Source: an uncultured bacterium
GTDB taxonomy: Bacteria; Krumholzibacteriota; Krumholzibacteriia; LZORAL124-64-63
DNA: 64,000 nt
Assembly (NCBI GenBank): GCA_963727525.1
Contig: CAVSGO010000007.1
Location: 1,984,001 to 2,048,000, forward strand
Direction of reading: 5' to 3'
Positions within the stretch are counted from its first letter, which is position 1. Every line of letters begins with the position of its first letter. Below, piece by piece: positions 33,569 to 42,777 of this stretch. Both the position numbers and the translations under genes were made by a program. The notes under the pieces are model-generated. The model was not told where the DNA came from and ran no database searches. It was given only the letters and a program-made list of their open reading frames with translations.

Positions 33569-34501
33569 CTAGCCCGCCGCCGCGCGCGCGGCGCGGTCGA
33601 ACTGGAGCGATCCCCGCATCACCACTGCACCCGTGGCCGCGATCTCCACGCGCTGGATATGCTCACCGAGCATGCCGACATGTACGGTGGCGCGGTTCGG
33701 ACGTCCCAGCACATGGCCCTGTGCCGTCTCGATGCGCACGTGGTCGGCCGATGGGACCAGTCCCGACGCCACGAGGTAGGCGCCCATGGCACCGAGTCCG
33801 TTCCCGCTGGCCACGTCCTCGCAGGCGCGGTCGCCCGGATGGAAGAACCGGCACTGGAAGTCGGCGTCGGCGGCCGCCAGCTCGCGGCACACGAGCACCA
33901 CGCCGGCCACGCCACGCTCGTCGGTGAACGCCTGCATGCGGGCCATGTCGCGAAAACTGCCGCGCATGACGTTGCGATCGGACACCGGCACAATGATGTG
34001 ATCGAAGCCGCACGAGACACGTTGGGGCCCGTGTCCGTCGAGCTTGAGCAGCTCGGCCGGCACGCCCAGCACCGCCGCCACCTCTGCGGCGGGCACAGGC
34101 TCGCCGAAGCGCGGATTCGGCAGCTCGAAGGTGACGAGTGTGCGCGCGTCGGGAACCGTGGTGAGCGTGACACCGAGCACGCCGGCCAGGGTCTCCACGT
34201 GGACGACGCGACCCTCGGGAGTCGGGCGGAAGATGCCGCGATCGGCCAGGCTGGTGAACGCCGCGATCAGCACGTGCCCGCTCAGCGAGTCCTCGCGGCT
34301 CAACGTGAAGAACCGCAGCTTCACGTCGGCCTCGCGCGCGGCGGGTGGCAAGACGAACCCCACCTCCATGCCAAGTTCCTCGGCGATCTGGATCATCTCC
34401 GCGTCGGTGAGGCTGGCGGCATTGGGAATGATGGCGGCGGGATTTCCCGTGAAAGGTCGATCGGCGAAAGCGTCGACCAGATGCAGGGGGATGACGGCCA
34501 T
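33569..34501 (-). CDS. PhzF / diaminopimelate-epimerase-like family protein
   Basis: VDAFADRPFTGNPA, LRFFT...E...SGH, ETLAG, R.F.P...ED..SG, QG..LGRP; AAGGAG RBS. Confidence 0.85.
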   Translation of the reverse strand: MAVIPLHLVDAFADRPFTGNPAAIIPNAASLTDAEMIQIAEELGMEVGFVLPPAAREADVKLRFFTLSREDSLSGHVLIAAFTSLADRGIFRPTPEGRVVHVETLAGVLGVTLTTVPDARTLVTFELPNPRFGEPVPAAEVAAVLGVPAELLKLDGHGPQRVSCGFDHIIVPVSDRNVMRGSFRDMARMQAFTDERGVAGVVLVCRELAAADADFQCRFFHPGDRACEDVASGNGLGAMGAYLVASGLVPSADHVRIETAQGHVLGRPNRATVHVGMLGEHIQRVEIAATGAVVMRGSLQFDRAARAAAG

Positions 34502-34558
34502 GGCATGTCTCCTTCCCGTCCCTGGCACCATACGCCATCGGTGGGTACGCAGCCAGCG

Positions 34559-36241
34559 CTATCGCGCCGGGCTCGATCGGTACCGTACGCGCCCGTCGAC
34601 GACCGTGGCAACCACATGGGTGTCAAACAGTTGCGACGGATCATCGCCGGTGGGATCGTGATCGAGCACGGTGATGTCGGCCAGGTAGCCCGGTGCGAGG
34701 ACACCGACCTCCCTTTCCAGCCAGGCCGCGTAGGCCGCTGCGGAGGTGGACAGCCGCAGCGCCGTGCGTCCGTCGACGCATTCCTGCGGGTGCCAGCCGC
34801 CGGGCGGCGTGCCGTCAGGATGCTGGCGTGTGCGCGCGGCGAAGAGCGTGGCCAGCGGATCCACGGCCTCGACCGGGAAGTCGGTGCCGAAGCAGAGCAC
34901 GGCGCCGCTGTCCAGAAGCGAGCGCCAGGCGTAGGCGCCGGCGAGGCGATTGGGCCCGAGGCGCTGCGCGACCCAGTCCATGTCGCTGGTGCAGTGGGTG
35001 GGCTGCATCGACGCGATCACGCCGAGCTGACCGAAGCGCGGCACATCGGCGGGCGCGAGGATCTGGGCGTGCTCCACACGCCAGCGCGCATCGCGCAGTC
35101 GTGGTCCCATGACCTCATCGTAGAGGTCGAGGACGAGCCGGTTGGCGGCGTCGCCGATGGCGTGGGTACACACCTGGAAGCCGGCCGCGGCCGCCCGCCG
35201 GCACACCTCGCGCAGATGTTCGGTGGGAGTGACCTGGAGGCCGCGGTTGCCCGGTTCGTCGCTGTAGTCGGCGAGAAGGAGCGCCCCGCGGCTGCCGAGG
35301 GCGCCGTCGGCATAGAGCTTCACCGCACGCACCGTCACCATGAAACGCGGGCCGCTCGTCGGGCCGGCGGCCAGGCCGGCGTCGAGGGTGGCCGGTTCAT
35401 CGGCGAGCATACACACGAGCCGCAGGCCCAGCTCGTCCCGGGTTGCGAGGTCGCGATAGAGCTGGATGCGTGACCAGGGCGTACCGGCTTCGTGCACGGC
35501 GGTGAGGCCGTGGCGCAGGCAATCGTCGATCGCCAGGTGCACCCGCCGCGTCACCTCAGCCGGCGACGGCTCGGGGACGTGGGCGAGCACGAGGTCGACG
35601 GCGTTGTCCACCAGCACGCCCGTGGGCTCACCGCCGGGCCCGCGGATGATCGTACCGCCATCGGGATCGGCCGTGTCGCGCGTGATACCGGCGAGGCGCA
35701 GCGCCTCGCTGCTCACCCAGGCGGCGTGACCGTCGATGCGACGCAGCACCACGGGGCGTTGCGGCGCCGCCGTGTCGAGGAGCGCGCGATCGGGCCAGTG
35801 GGCGTCGGTCCAGTCGTTCTGGTCCCAGCCGCGCCCTTCCAGCCAGCCTGCGGGCTGGGCCGCGGCTGCCGCGCGCACGCGGGCCGCGCAGGCAGCGGCG
35901 TCGGGCGTGCCCACGAGGTCGATCTGCGCGAGGGCCGTGCCGAGCCCAAAGAGATGGCAGTGGGCGTCGACCAGCCCCGGCACGGCGACGGCGCCCTGCA
36001 GGTCGATCACCGTCGTCTCGGTCCCGCGCAGGGCCAGGACAGCCTCGTCGTTCCCCACGCGGAGGATACGGCCGTCGCGCGCCGCCAGCGCCGTGGGCGC
36101 CGGCGAGGGCTCGGGCTCGAGGAGCGTCAGCACGCGTCCCCCGTGGAGAATGAGATCGGCCGGCCCCGCCCCGACAGGGTGGGCCGCGGTGGATGGCGAC
36201 GGCACGGTGAGCGCCGCACAGAGCGCGAGGACGACGGACAT
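34559..36241 (-). CDS. Amidohydrolase-3 (YtcJ-like) metal-dependent hydrolase, probably exported
   Basis: PGLVDAHCH, GRGWDQ, KLYADGALGSRGA, HAIGD, RVEHAQ, QPTH, GTDFPVE; hydrophobic N-terminus. Confidence 0.9.
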   Translation of the reverse strand: MSVVLALCAALTVPSPSTAAHPVGAGPADLILHGGRVLTLLEPEPSPAPTALAARDGRILRVGNDEAVLALRGTETTVIDLQGAVAVPGLVDAHCHLFGLGTALAQIDLVGTPDAAACAARVRAAAAAQPAGWLEGRGWDQNDWTDAHWPDRALLDTAAPQRPVVLRRIDGHAAWVSSEALRLAGITRDTADPDGGTIIRGPGGEPTGVLVDNAVDLVLAHVPEPSPAEVTRRVHLAIDDCLRHGLTAVHEAGTPWSRIQLYRDLATRDELGLRLVCMLADEPATLDAGLAAGPTSGPRFMVTVRAVKLYADGALGSRGALLLADYSDEPGNRGLQVTPTEHLREVCRRAAAAGFQVCTHAIGDAANRLVLDLYDEVMGPRLRDARWRVEHAQILAPADVPRFGQLGVIASMQPTHCTSDMDWVAQRLGPNRLAGAYAWRSLLDSGAVLCFGTDFPVEAVDPLATLFAARTRQHPDGTPPGGWHPQECVDGRTALRLSTSAAAYAAWLEREVGVLAPGYLADITVLDHDPTGDDPSQLFDTHVVATVVDGRVRYRSSPAR

Positions 36242-36437
36242 CGTTGCCTCCGGGATGGGGAGTGGCATCGCTCCGGATGTCGGGTTGACTTCTCGGTACG
36301 CGATCATTCCTTACCATGATATCGCTCCACCGTACACGCGAGGCGCGTTGGCCACCAACCCGGCCGGGTAACGCAACACCGGGGAACCCGGGCGAGCGGG
36401 CGGGGTCTCACGGTCGATCCCCGAGGAGAGGACCACG

Positions 36438-38606
36438 TTGATTCGATCGCTGCGCACCATCCTTCGCCCCCTCGCCATCCTCGCGCTGGCCGCCGTGCTC
36501 GCCACCGCCGCGGCAGCCGCTGCCGGACCCGATCCGCACGCCCGGAATCTCCTCGGTGCGTTGAGGCGCCAGCTCGCCACGTCACGTCTCGATTCGGCGC
36601 TCACCACGGCCCGCGCGTACGTCGCGATCGACCCCACCAGCCCCGACATGTTCTACAACCTCGCGGGCCTCGAGGAACACGCCGGCCATCGTGACGCGGC
36701 CGCGGCCGCGCTGAAGGTGGCGGTGGATCTGGGGTTCGATGATTTCCGCCTGGCCGACGCGGACAGCGATCTCGGCGACCTGCGCACCGATCCTCGCTAC
36801 GGCGCCCTGCGCGAGCAGTGGCAGCGGAACCTGCGCGAGCGCTGCGCCGGACGAAGCGTCGCCCTGACGGCAGGCGCGTTCGGCGACCCCATCGAGCTGA
36901 GCGACCGGGGAGGCGGCCTGACGCCGCCCCTGGTCACGGTGCGGTTGCGTTACGACGGCGGCGGCTTCGAGGTGGAAGCCACCGTCCAGGATCTCGGGGC
37001 CAGCGAGCGCCTGCCGGCCTGGCGCGGGGGCAGCGGCCTGGCGGTCACGTTCCTGGTACCCTCCGCGGACGCCGCGTGCGAGGGCACCATGTTCCGAGAG
37101 GTGGGGGCCGGGCTCGCCAAGGGCCTCCCGGAAGGGGTTCTGCTCCTGCCGCGACCGTCGCTCCGCTGGCAGCCCGTGGCCGAGCTGACGCCGAAACTCC
37201 ACTATGCGCCGGCAAGCAAGGCCCTCGTCCTCGATCTACGCATTCCGTGGCAAGCCATCGCACCGCTCGATCCGCTGGCCTATCCCGAGCTGGCGATCAA
37301 CGTCTCCTGGATCAGCCGCGACGCCGAGGGGCACCGTACCCACGCCGCCCTGCTGGACGATCCGGCGACGTTCGTCGCGACCGACACGTGGCGCCGCGGC
37401 CTGCCCCTGCGCGTCGCGTGGTCGCCGACGACCGAGCCCCGCGCGGCCCTGCACGTGTCCGACCACGTGGTGACCGGGTCTACCGTGGCGGGGACCATCG
37501 GTCTGGTGGCGCCGGTAGCGGGGAGGGCCAGCCTCACAGCCTCCCTGGAGAACGCCGACGGGCAGCCCATCGCGGGCGCCATTATGGACGGCGAGCGTGC
37601 GGTGGTGGCCGGCTGGCAGCAGCTTCCACTGCGCCTCGCGGCCACGGCCTTGCCGCTGGGGCCCGTGACGATGACGGGTTCGGTAACCCTGCCGGGAGGA
37701 CAGGACGCCTCGTTTCGCGCCGACCTTCTCGCGCTGCCCACCGACTGGCTCGCGCAGGCGCGTCGCACGGTGCCGAAACTCCCCGAATCCGAGCGTGCGT
37801 CGGTGGCCTTGCGCCTCGACGCGATCACCGGCGAGCTGGCCGCGCGACAGCCCGGCGATCCGGCCGGCGCACTCGCCACGACGGTGCGCGAGACCGAGAG
37901 CCTCCTCCAGCACTGGCGCGAGACGGGGACCACCATCCCGGACAGCGGCGCCTACCTGGCCATCCTGCCCGCGGCCGCCGGCGTGGATGCGCGGCCGTGC
38001 AGCGTGAATCTGCCGCCGGATTACCGCAATCACGACGGATTGCGCGTGCTGGTGGTCATCGTCCGTGCCTTCGGTCAGGAAGACCGGTTCGCCCAGATGG
38101 CCCAGGCCGTGCTCGCCGAGCGAGGACCGGGCCTCGGCCTCGATCCCCACGGCATGGTCGTGGTCGTACCCCACGTGTCGGCGACCGACGGAGCGACCAT
38201 CGAGGCGGGCATCGCGCAGGCCGCCGACTGGGTCACCCACACGTTTCCCGGCCGGCCGTTGCTCGTGGCCGGCGTCGACGACCTGGCGGCGCCGACGCTG
38301 CGCGCGAGCCTGGCGGGGACGTTCACGGCGTCGGGCGTGCTGCTCATGGTCGGCGAGGATTTCATGCCCTGGCCCGGAGCCGATGCCGGCCGCCTGCGCA
38401 CCGAGATCGGACCGGGATCGCTGCGCACGCCGTATGCCTGGATCCGCTTTCCAGCCGATGCCTGCCCCGGGGACCAGTGCCAGGCGGTCATCGCGGCGAT
38501 GAAGGCCGCCGGATTCGGAACCAGCGCGGTCCAGGACGTCCCCGGCAGTCTGAGCTTGAGCCAGGCGTGGGGACGCGCCATGCTCTGGGCCGCGGGTTCG
38601 CGCTGA
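36438..38606 (+). CDS. Secreted multidomain protein: TPR, CBM9/DOMON-like beta-sandwich, degenerate alpha/beta-hydrolase C-terminus
   Basis: GAGGAG RBS and TTG start; signal peptide; YNLA...A...L..AV..GF.D......DSDL..LR.DPRY TPR cap; 'LDLRIPWQAI'; 'SVNLPPDY....LRVLVV'. Confidence 0.6.
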   Translation: MIRSLRTILRPLAILALAAVLATAAAAAAGPDPHARNLLGALRRQLATSRLDSALTTARAYVAIDPTSPDMFYNLAGLEEHAGHRDAAAAALKVAVDLGFDDFRLADADSDLGDLRTDPRYGALREQWQRNLRERCAGRSVALTAGAFGDPIELSDRGGGLTPPLVTVRLRYDGGGFEVEATVQDLGASERLPAWRGGSGLAVTFLVPSADAACEGTMFREVGAGLAKGLPEGVLLLPRPSLRWQPVAELTPKLHYAPASKALVLDLRIPWQAIAPLDPLAYPELAINVSWISRDAEGHRTHAALLDDPATFVATDTWRRGLPLRVAWSPTTEPRAALHVSDHVVTGSTVAGTIGLVAPVAGRASLTASLENADGQPIAGAIMDGERAVVAGWQQLPLRLAATALPLGPVTMTGSVTLPGGQDASFRADLLALPTDWLAQARRTVPKLPESERASVALRLDAITGELAARQPGDPAGALATTVRETESLLQHWRETGTTIPDSGAYLAILPAAAGVDARPCSVNLPPDYRNHDGLRVLVVIVRAFGQEDRFAQMAQAVLAERGPGLGLDPHGMVVVVPHVSATDGATIEAGIAQAADWVTHTFPGRPLLVAGVDDLAAPTLRASLAGTFTASGVLLMVGEDFMPWPGADAGRLRTEIGPGSLRTPYAWIRFPADACPGDQCQAVIAAMKAAGFGTSAVQDVPGSLSLSQAWGRAMLWAAGSR

Positions 38607-38614
38607 ATTGTCAC

Positions 38615-38641
38615 GTAACCCTGGCCGCCAATGTGCGTAGA
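38615..38641 (+). promoter_or_regulatory. Putative ECF-sigma promoter GTAACC-N15-CGTAGA (AAC-N16-CGT)
   Basis: Matches the generic ECF AAC/CGT pattern, about 150 nt upstream of the propeller-RND operon. Confidence 0.4.
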
Positions 38642-38791
38642 CACAGCCGTCAAGAAACGTCCCCCGGCGTTTCCCCCGGTAGCTCGAAAATCCATGTCTC
38701 GGAGAATAGCCGGTCGCCGGGACGGGTACTGCGCGCGACAGACCGGCCGATCGCCGTGCTCAATCACGATCCCAAGAACGAGGAGTCTGCC

Positions 38792-40108
38792 ATGGTGAAA
38801 GTCACGCGTACCCCGACCACGTGCACTTCTGCCGCCTGCCCCGACCGCGTCCGGCACCGTCACCTCCCGGGTACCGGGTTCGTGCTCGCCCTCGCCACCC
38901 TGCTGCTGTCCATCGCCTTCGGCGCGCGGGCTGTGGAGACGGTGATGGTCGACGGCGTGCCCCATGTCAAGAATGGAGCCACGCCGACCCAGGGCGTCGA
39001 GAAGCTCCCCATGAAGGAGATCTGGCGCCACGGCGGCGACGACGACGAGGACGTCCTCTTCGGCATGATCACCGACTGCGCGGTGGGCCCGGACGGCAAT
39101 ATCTACCTCCTGGACGCCCAGCTCATGCAGGTGCTGGTGTTCTCGCCCACCGGCGAGGTGCTGCCCAGCCTCGGTCGCCAGGGCCAGGGGCCGGGCGAGT
39201 TCCAGAATGCCCGGCAGATGGTGTTCCTGCCCGACGGCACGCTCGGTGTGGCCCAGCTCTTTCCCGGCAAGCTGATCGGGTTGAACCTCGACGGCACGCC
39301 CGCGAAGGACCTGGAGCCCGGAAAGAACGACCCCACGGCCGGGGGCTTCATGGCGCTGATCAATGCGGAATCGGGCGGCGAGAACCTCATCCTGAGCGGG
39401 ATCGAGATCACCTTCGACCAGGCCAACGCCACGCAGAAGCGGCATTACTTCGTGCGCAGCTATGGCATGGATGCGAAGCCCATCGTCGATTTCCTGACCG
39501 ACGATCGCGAGTGGCATTTCGACGACAACTTCGTCTTCGAGGAGAAGGACAACGACTTCGTGTGGCAGCGGCTCGCGGTCGGTCACGACGGACACGTGGT
39601 GGTGGCGATCCCGCGCAACGAGTACGTTCTCAGCGTGTTCGCGTCCGACGGCACGCTCGAGCGGGTGATCGAACGCCCGTACGAGACCTGGACCCGCGAC
39701 GAGCGCGTGCGCAAGCGCTTCGACAGCCTCATGGCGGGCCAGGCCCGGCAGTTTCCCGCCGGCACGGAGCACACGATCGCCGACACCGAGGCCGACATCG
39801 AGGGCATCCGCTACGGAGAGGACGGCACCATCTGGGTCGTGACCAGCCGCACCATCTACACGCCCAAGCCCGACGTGCTGACCGCCTGGGACGTGTTCTC
39901 ACCGCAGGGCGAGTTCATCAAGCAGGTCGAGGCCCATGCGCCGGGTGACCCCGCGAGCGACCTGCTCTTCCTCACGGACAAGGGCTACGCGGTGCAGATC
40001 GTCGGATTCTGGGACGCGGCCCTGTCCGCGATGGGTGGCGGCGGCGACGACAGCGACGACAACGGCGACGCGGCGCCGATGCAGGTGATCTGCTACAAGA
40101 CCGACTAG
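38792..40108 (+). CDS. Secreted 6-bladed beta-propeller protein (paralog 1)
   Basis: GAGGAG RBS; signal region; EIWRHGGDDDEDVLFGMI..GPDGNIYLLD, GRQGQGPGEF, DVFSPQGEFI. Confidence 0.8.
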   Translation: MVKVTRTPTTCTSAACPDRVRHRHLPGTGFVLALATLLLSIAFGARAVETVMVDGVPHVKNGATPTQGVEKLPMKEIWRHGGDDDEDVLFGMITDCAVGPDGNIYLLDAQLMQVLVFSPTGEVLPSLGRQGQGPGEFQNARQMVFLPDGTLGVAQLFPGKLIGLNLDGTPAKDLEPGKNDPTAGGFMALINAESGGENLILSGIEITFDQANATQKRHYFVRSYGMDAKPIVDFLTDDREWHFDDNFVFEEKDNDFVWQRLAVGHDGHVVVAIPRNEYVLSVFASDGTLERVIERPYETWTRDERVRKRFDSLMAGQARQFPAGTEHTIADTEADIEGIRYGEDGTIWVVTSRTIYTPKPDVLTAWDVFSPQGEFIKQVEAHAPGDPASDLLFLTDKGYAVQIVGFWDAALSAMGGGGDDSDDNGDAAPMQVICYKTD

Positions 40109-40156
40109 GACCCCGGGGATCGCGCCATGATCCCGCCAGCATACGAAGGAGAGCCC

Positions 40157-41377
40157 ATGCGATCGATCTACTCGCCTCATCGTCGCCCGGTCCTGCTGGG
40201 CCTGGTATTCCTGCTGGCCGCCGGCGCCTCGGGAGCGCCGGTGGTGGACAACCCCGCGCAGCCGGCTGAAGGCCAGCGCGACGTGACGCTCCGCGAGCTG
40301 TGGCGGGCCGGCGGCGAGGACGACGACGTGTTCTTCGGGACCATCGGCAGCGTGCGGCGCGGCCCCGACGGCAATATCTATCTACTCGACAGCCAGCTCT
40401 CGCACGTCGAGGTGTTCGGTGACGACGGTACGCACCTGGCCACGCTCGGGCGAGAGGGTGAAGGCCCCGGCGAGGTGACCGGACCCGCCGGCATGTTCTT
40501 GCACGACGACGGCCGCGTGAGCCTGCTGAAGTCGTTTCCCGGCAAGGTCGTCACGATCAACGCGGACGGGACCCCCGCCGGCGAGTTGAAGTATCAGCTC
40601 CCCGACGCCAGTGGCGCCGGCTTCAACGTGCTGAACTCCGGCGAGAATCTGAGCGGCGGCGACATCCTGCTACTGGGCATACGCATGTCGATGGGCGGCG
40701 GACCGCTGAGCGATCAGACGTACTTCATCTCGCGCTGCGGTCCGGACGGCGTGGAGAAGACCAGCTATCTCACGAAGGACTACCAGATCAACTACGCCGA
40801 CTTCCGCCTCGACGAGGGCAAGATGGACTTCGTGTGGAACCGTTACGCCGTCGATGCCGACGGGAACGTCTACACGGCGCCGGATCGCGACCGCTACCTC
40901 GTACGCGTCCAGGCCCCCGATGGCACCGTGATCCGCGAAATCACCCGCGCCTACACGCCTCCCGCGCGCAACGATGCCGATCGGCAGCGAGCGACGAAGA
41001 TCATCGAGGCCGTGGGCAAGTACTACCCCGTGCCGCTGAAGGGCACGTCGATCGAGGATCACGATCAGGTCATCACGGGCATGTTCATCGATGACGGCGG
41101 CCAGCTCGTCGTCTCCTGCACCAACCGCGATGCGCGCCCGGACGGCGCCTTCGCCGTGCTCGACGTCTTCGATACCCAGGGACGCTTCGTACGGCAGCGC
41201 GTCATCCACTGTGCCGGCAACGCGGATCAGGACGGCTTGACGTTCCTCGGCGGCCACCGCGCGATCCGGATCGTGGGCAGCCTCGATGCGTGGCTGAACC
41301 AGCAGGGCGTGGGCGCGACCGGAGCGGCGGGCGATGAGGCGCCCGTGCTCGAGGTGGTATGCTACGCCGTGCCCTGA
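40157..41377 (+). CDS. Secreted 6-bladed beta-propeller protein (paralog 2)
   Basis: AAGGAG RBS; ELWRAGGEDDDVFFGTI..GPDGNIYLLD, GREGEGPGEV, DVFDTQGRFV. Confidence 0.8.
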   Translation: MRSIYSPHRRPVLLGLVFLLAAGASGAPVVDNPAQPAEGQRDVTLRELWRAGGEDDDVFFGTIGSVRRGPDGNIYLLDSQLSHVEVFGDDGTHLATLGREGEGPGEVTGPAGMFLHDDGRVSLLKSFPGKVVTINADGTPAGELKYQLPDASGAGFNVLNSGENLSGGDILLLGIRMSMGGGPLSDQTYFISRCGPDGVEKTSYLTKDYQINYADFRLDEGKMDFVWNRYAVDADGNVYTAPDRDRYLVRVQAPDGTVIREITRAYTPPARNDADRQRATKIIEAVGKYYPVPLKGTSIEDHDQVITGMFIDDGGQLVVSCTNRDARPDGAFAVLDVFDTQGRFVRQRVIHCAGNADQDGLTFLGGHRAIRIVGSLDAWLNQQGVGATGAAGDEAPVLEVVCYAVP

Positions 41378-41430
41378 TAGACTTTACGCTGCCCGTTCGC
41401 GCGCTGGTCACCCGATGCCGAGGTAGGACG

Positions 41431-42777
41431 ATGCTCACACCGCCCCCTTCACTACGCCGCCCCGCTCCCGTGGCGGTCGCCACGCTCCTGTTCGCCGTGA
41501 TCGCGGTCGGCGCGACCGGCTGCAAGGTCGGCGGTTCCGCGGGGAACGCCGCCGACAGTACGGGGGCCACGCAAGACACCACGGCGCAGGCCGCCGATGA
41601 GCCCTCCGGCAACGAGAGCAGCGACGACAAGGCCACCGAGGAGAAGGCGATCAAGGTGAACCTGGGCGAGGTGCGGCGCGGCGACCTGGTCACCTCCATC
41701 TACGCCGACGGCGTCATCCGGACGCCGCGCTCGCTCGAGGTGCGCACCAAGGTGGCTGGCCAGCTCGTCGAGGTGCGCGTGCGCGACGGCGACCACGTCA
41801 AGACGGGGCAACTTCTCGCCCGGATCGACCCGCGCAGCTATCGCATCGAGCTGGAAGCTGCGCGGTACGCCCACCTCAAGGCCCTCTCGCTGGTGGCGGC
41901 CGAGGAGGACACGTTCGCGGTGGACACGACGGCGCTGCGCGAGTTCACGGCCGGTCGCGACGAGCTCGATCGCCAGGTCCAGCGCAAGGCGATCACCGAA
42001 GAGGAATACCGCGCGCGGCTGCTGAACCTCGAGTTGACGGCGCTCGGGCAGGGCGCATTCCGGCAGGACGTGTTCCAGCAGCGCACCGGACTGGCCGATG
42101 CGCGGCTCGCCGAGGAACGCGCCGAGCTGAACCTGGACTACACCGAGATCCGCGCGCCCTTCGCTGGCGTGATCCAGGGCCTGAAGGCGGTGGTGGGCGC
42201 CAATGCGTCGGTGGGACAGACGGTGTGCATGCTCTATGACAACGAGTCGCTCGAGGCGGTGGTGAACGTGCTCGAGGCCGACCTCGGTGACCTGCGCGAG
42301 GGCCGCCCGACCCGCCTGGCCGTGCCGGCGGTGAACGACACGCTCTACGCCTATGTCGACGTCATCTCCCCCGCGCTCGATGCCCAGAGCCGCACCTGCG
42401 AGTGCATCATCCGCTTCCCCAATGCCGACGCCAGGTTCCGGCCCGGCATGTTCGTGCGCGCGGAGATCGCGGGCTTCGTGCACCACGACAAGCTCATGGT
42501 GCCCAAGGCCGCGGTGCTGATCCGCGACGATCGTCCCCTGGTGTTCAAGGCCGTCGACGATCGTGCGAAGTGGCTGTACGTGACCACGGGACTCGAGAAC
42601 GACCACTGGGTGGAGATCCAGGCCGTCCACAGCGGCGGTAGCCTTGCGCCGGGCGACAGGGTCGTGGTGAGCGATCACCTCACCCTGGCGAACGAGGCGA
42701 AGATCGCCGTCCGCAAGACGGTGCCGCCGGAGGATCGCTGGGCGTTTGCCGCCGCCGCGCTGCAGGAGTCGCGCTGA
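41431..42777 (+). CDS. RND efflux periplasmic adaptor (MFP) lipoprotein
   Basis: Lipobox ATGC; V.TKVAG....V.V.DGD.VK.GQLLARID; IRAPFAGVI; RPGMFV. Confidence 0.92.
   Translation: MLTPPPSLRRPAPVAVATLLFAVIAVGATGCKVGGSAGNAADSTGATQDTTAQAADEPSGNESSDDKATEEKAIKVNLGEVRRGDLVTSIYADGVIRTPRSLEVRTKVAGQLVEVRVRDGDHVKTGQLLARIDPRSYRIELEAARYAHLKALSLVAAEEDTFAVDTTALREFTAGRDELDRQVQRKAITEEEYRARLLNLELTALGQGAFRQDVFQQRTGLADARLAEERAELNLDYTEIRAPFAGVIQGLKAVVGANASVGQTVCMLYDNESLEAVVNVLEADLGDLREGRPTRLAVPAVNDTLYAYVDVISPALDAQSRTCECIIRFPNADARFRPGMFVRAEIAGFVHHDKLMVPKAAVLIRDDRPLVFKAVDDRAKWLYVTTGLENDHWVEIQAVHSGGSLAPGDRVVVSDHLTLANEAKIAVRKTVPPEDRWAFAAAALQESR

Noticed and set aside
33569-34501. Phenazine biosynthesis
   Set aside because: Isolated PhzF-like gene with no other phz genes
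36818-38791. N-terminal 658 codons of the 1096-aa ORF, suggesting a giant fusion
   Set aside because: Arg/Gly-rich off-frame overlap with the 36438-38606 gene; a clear RBS and ATG at 38792 start the real propeller gene
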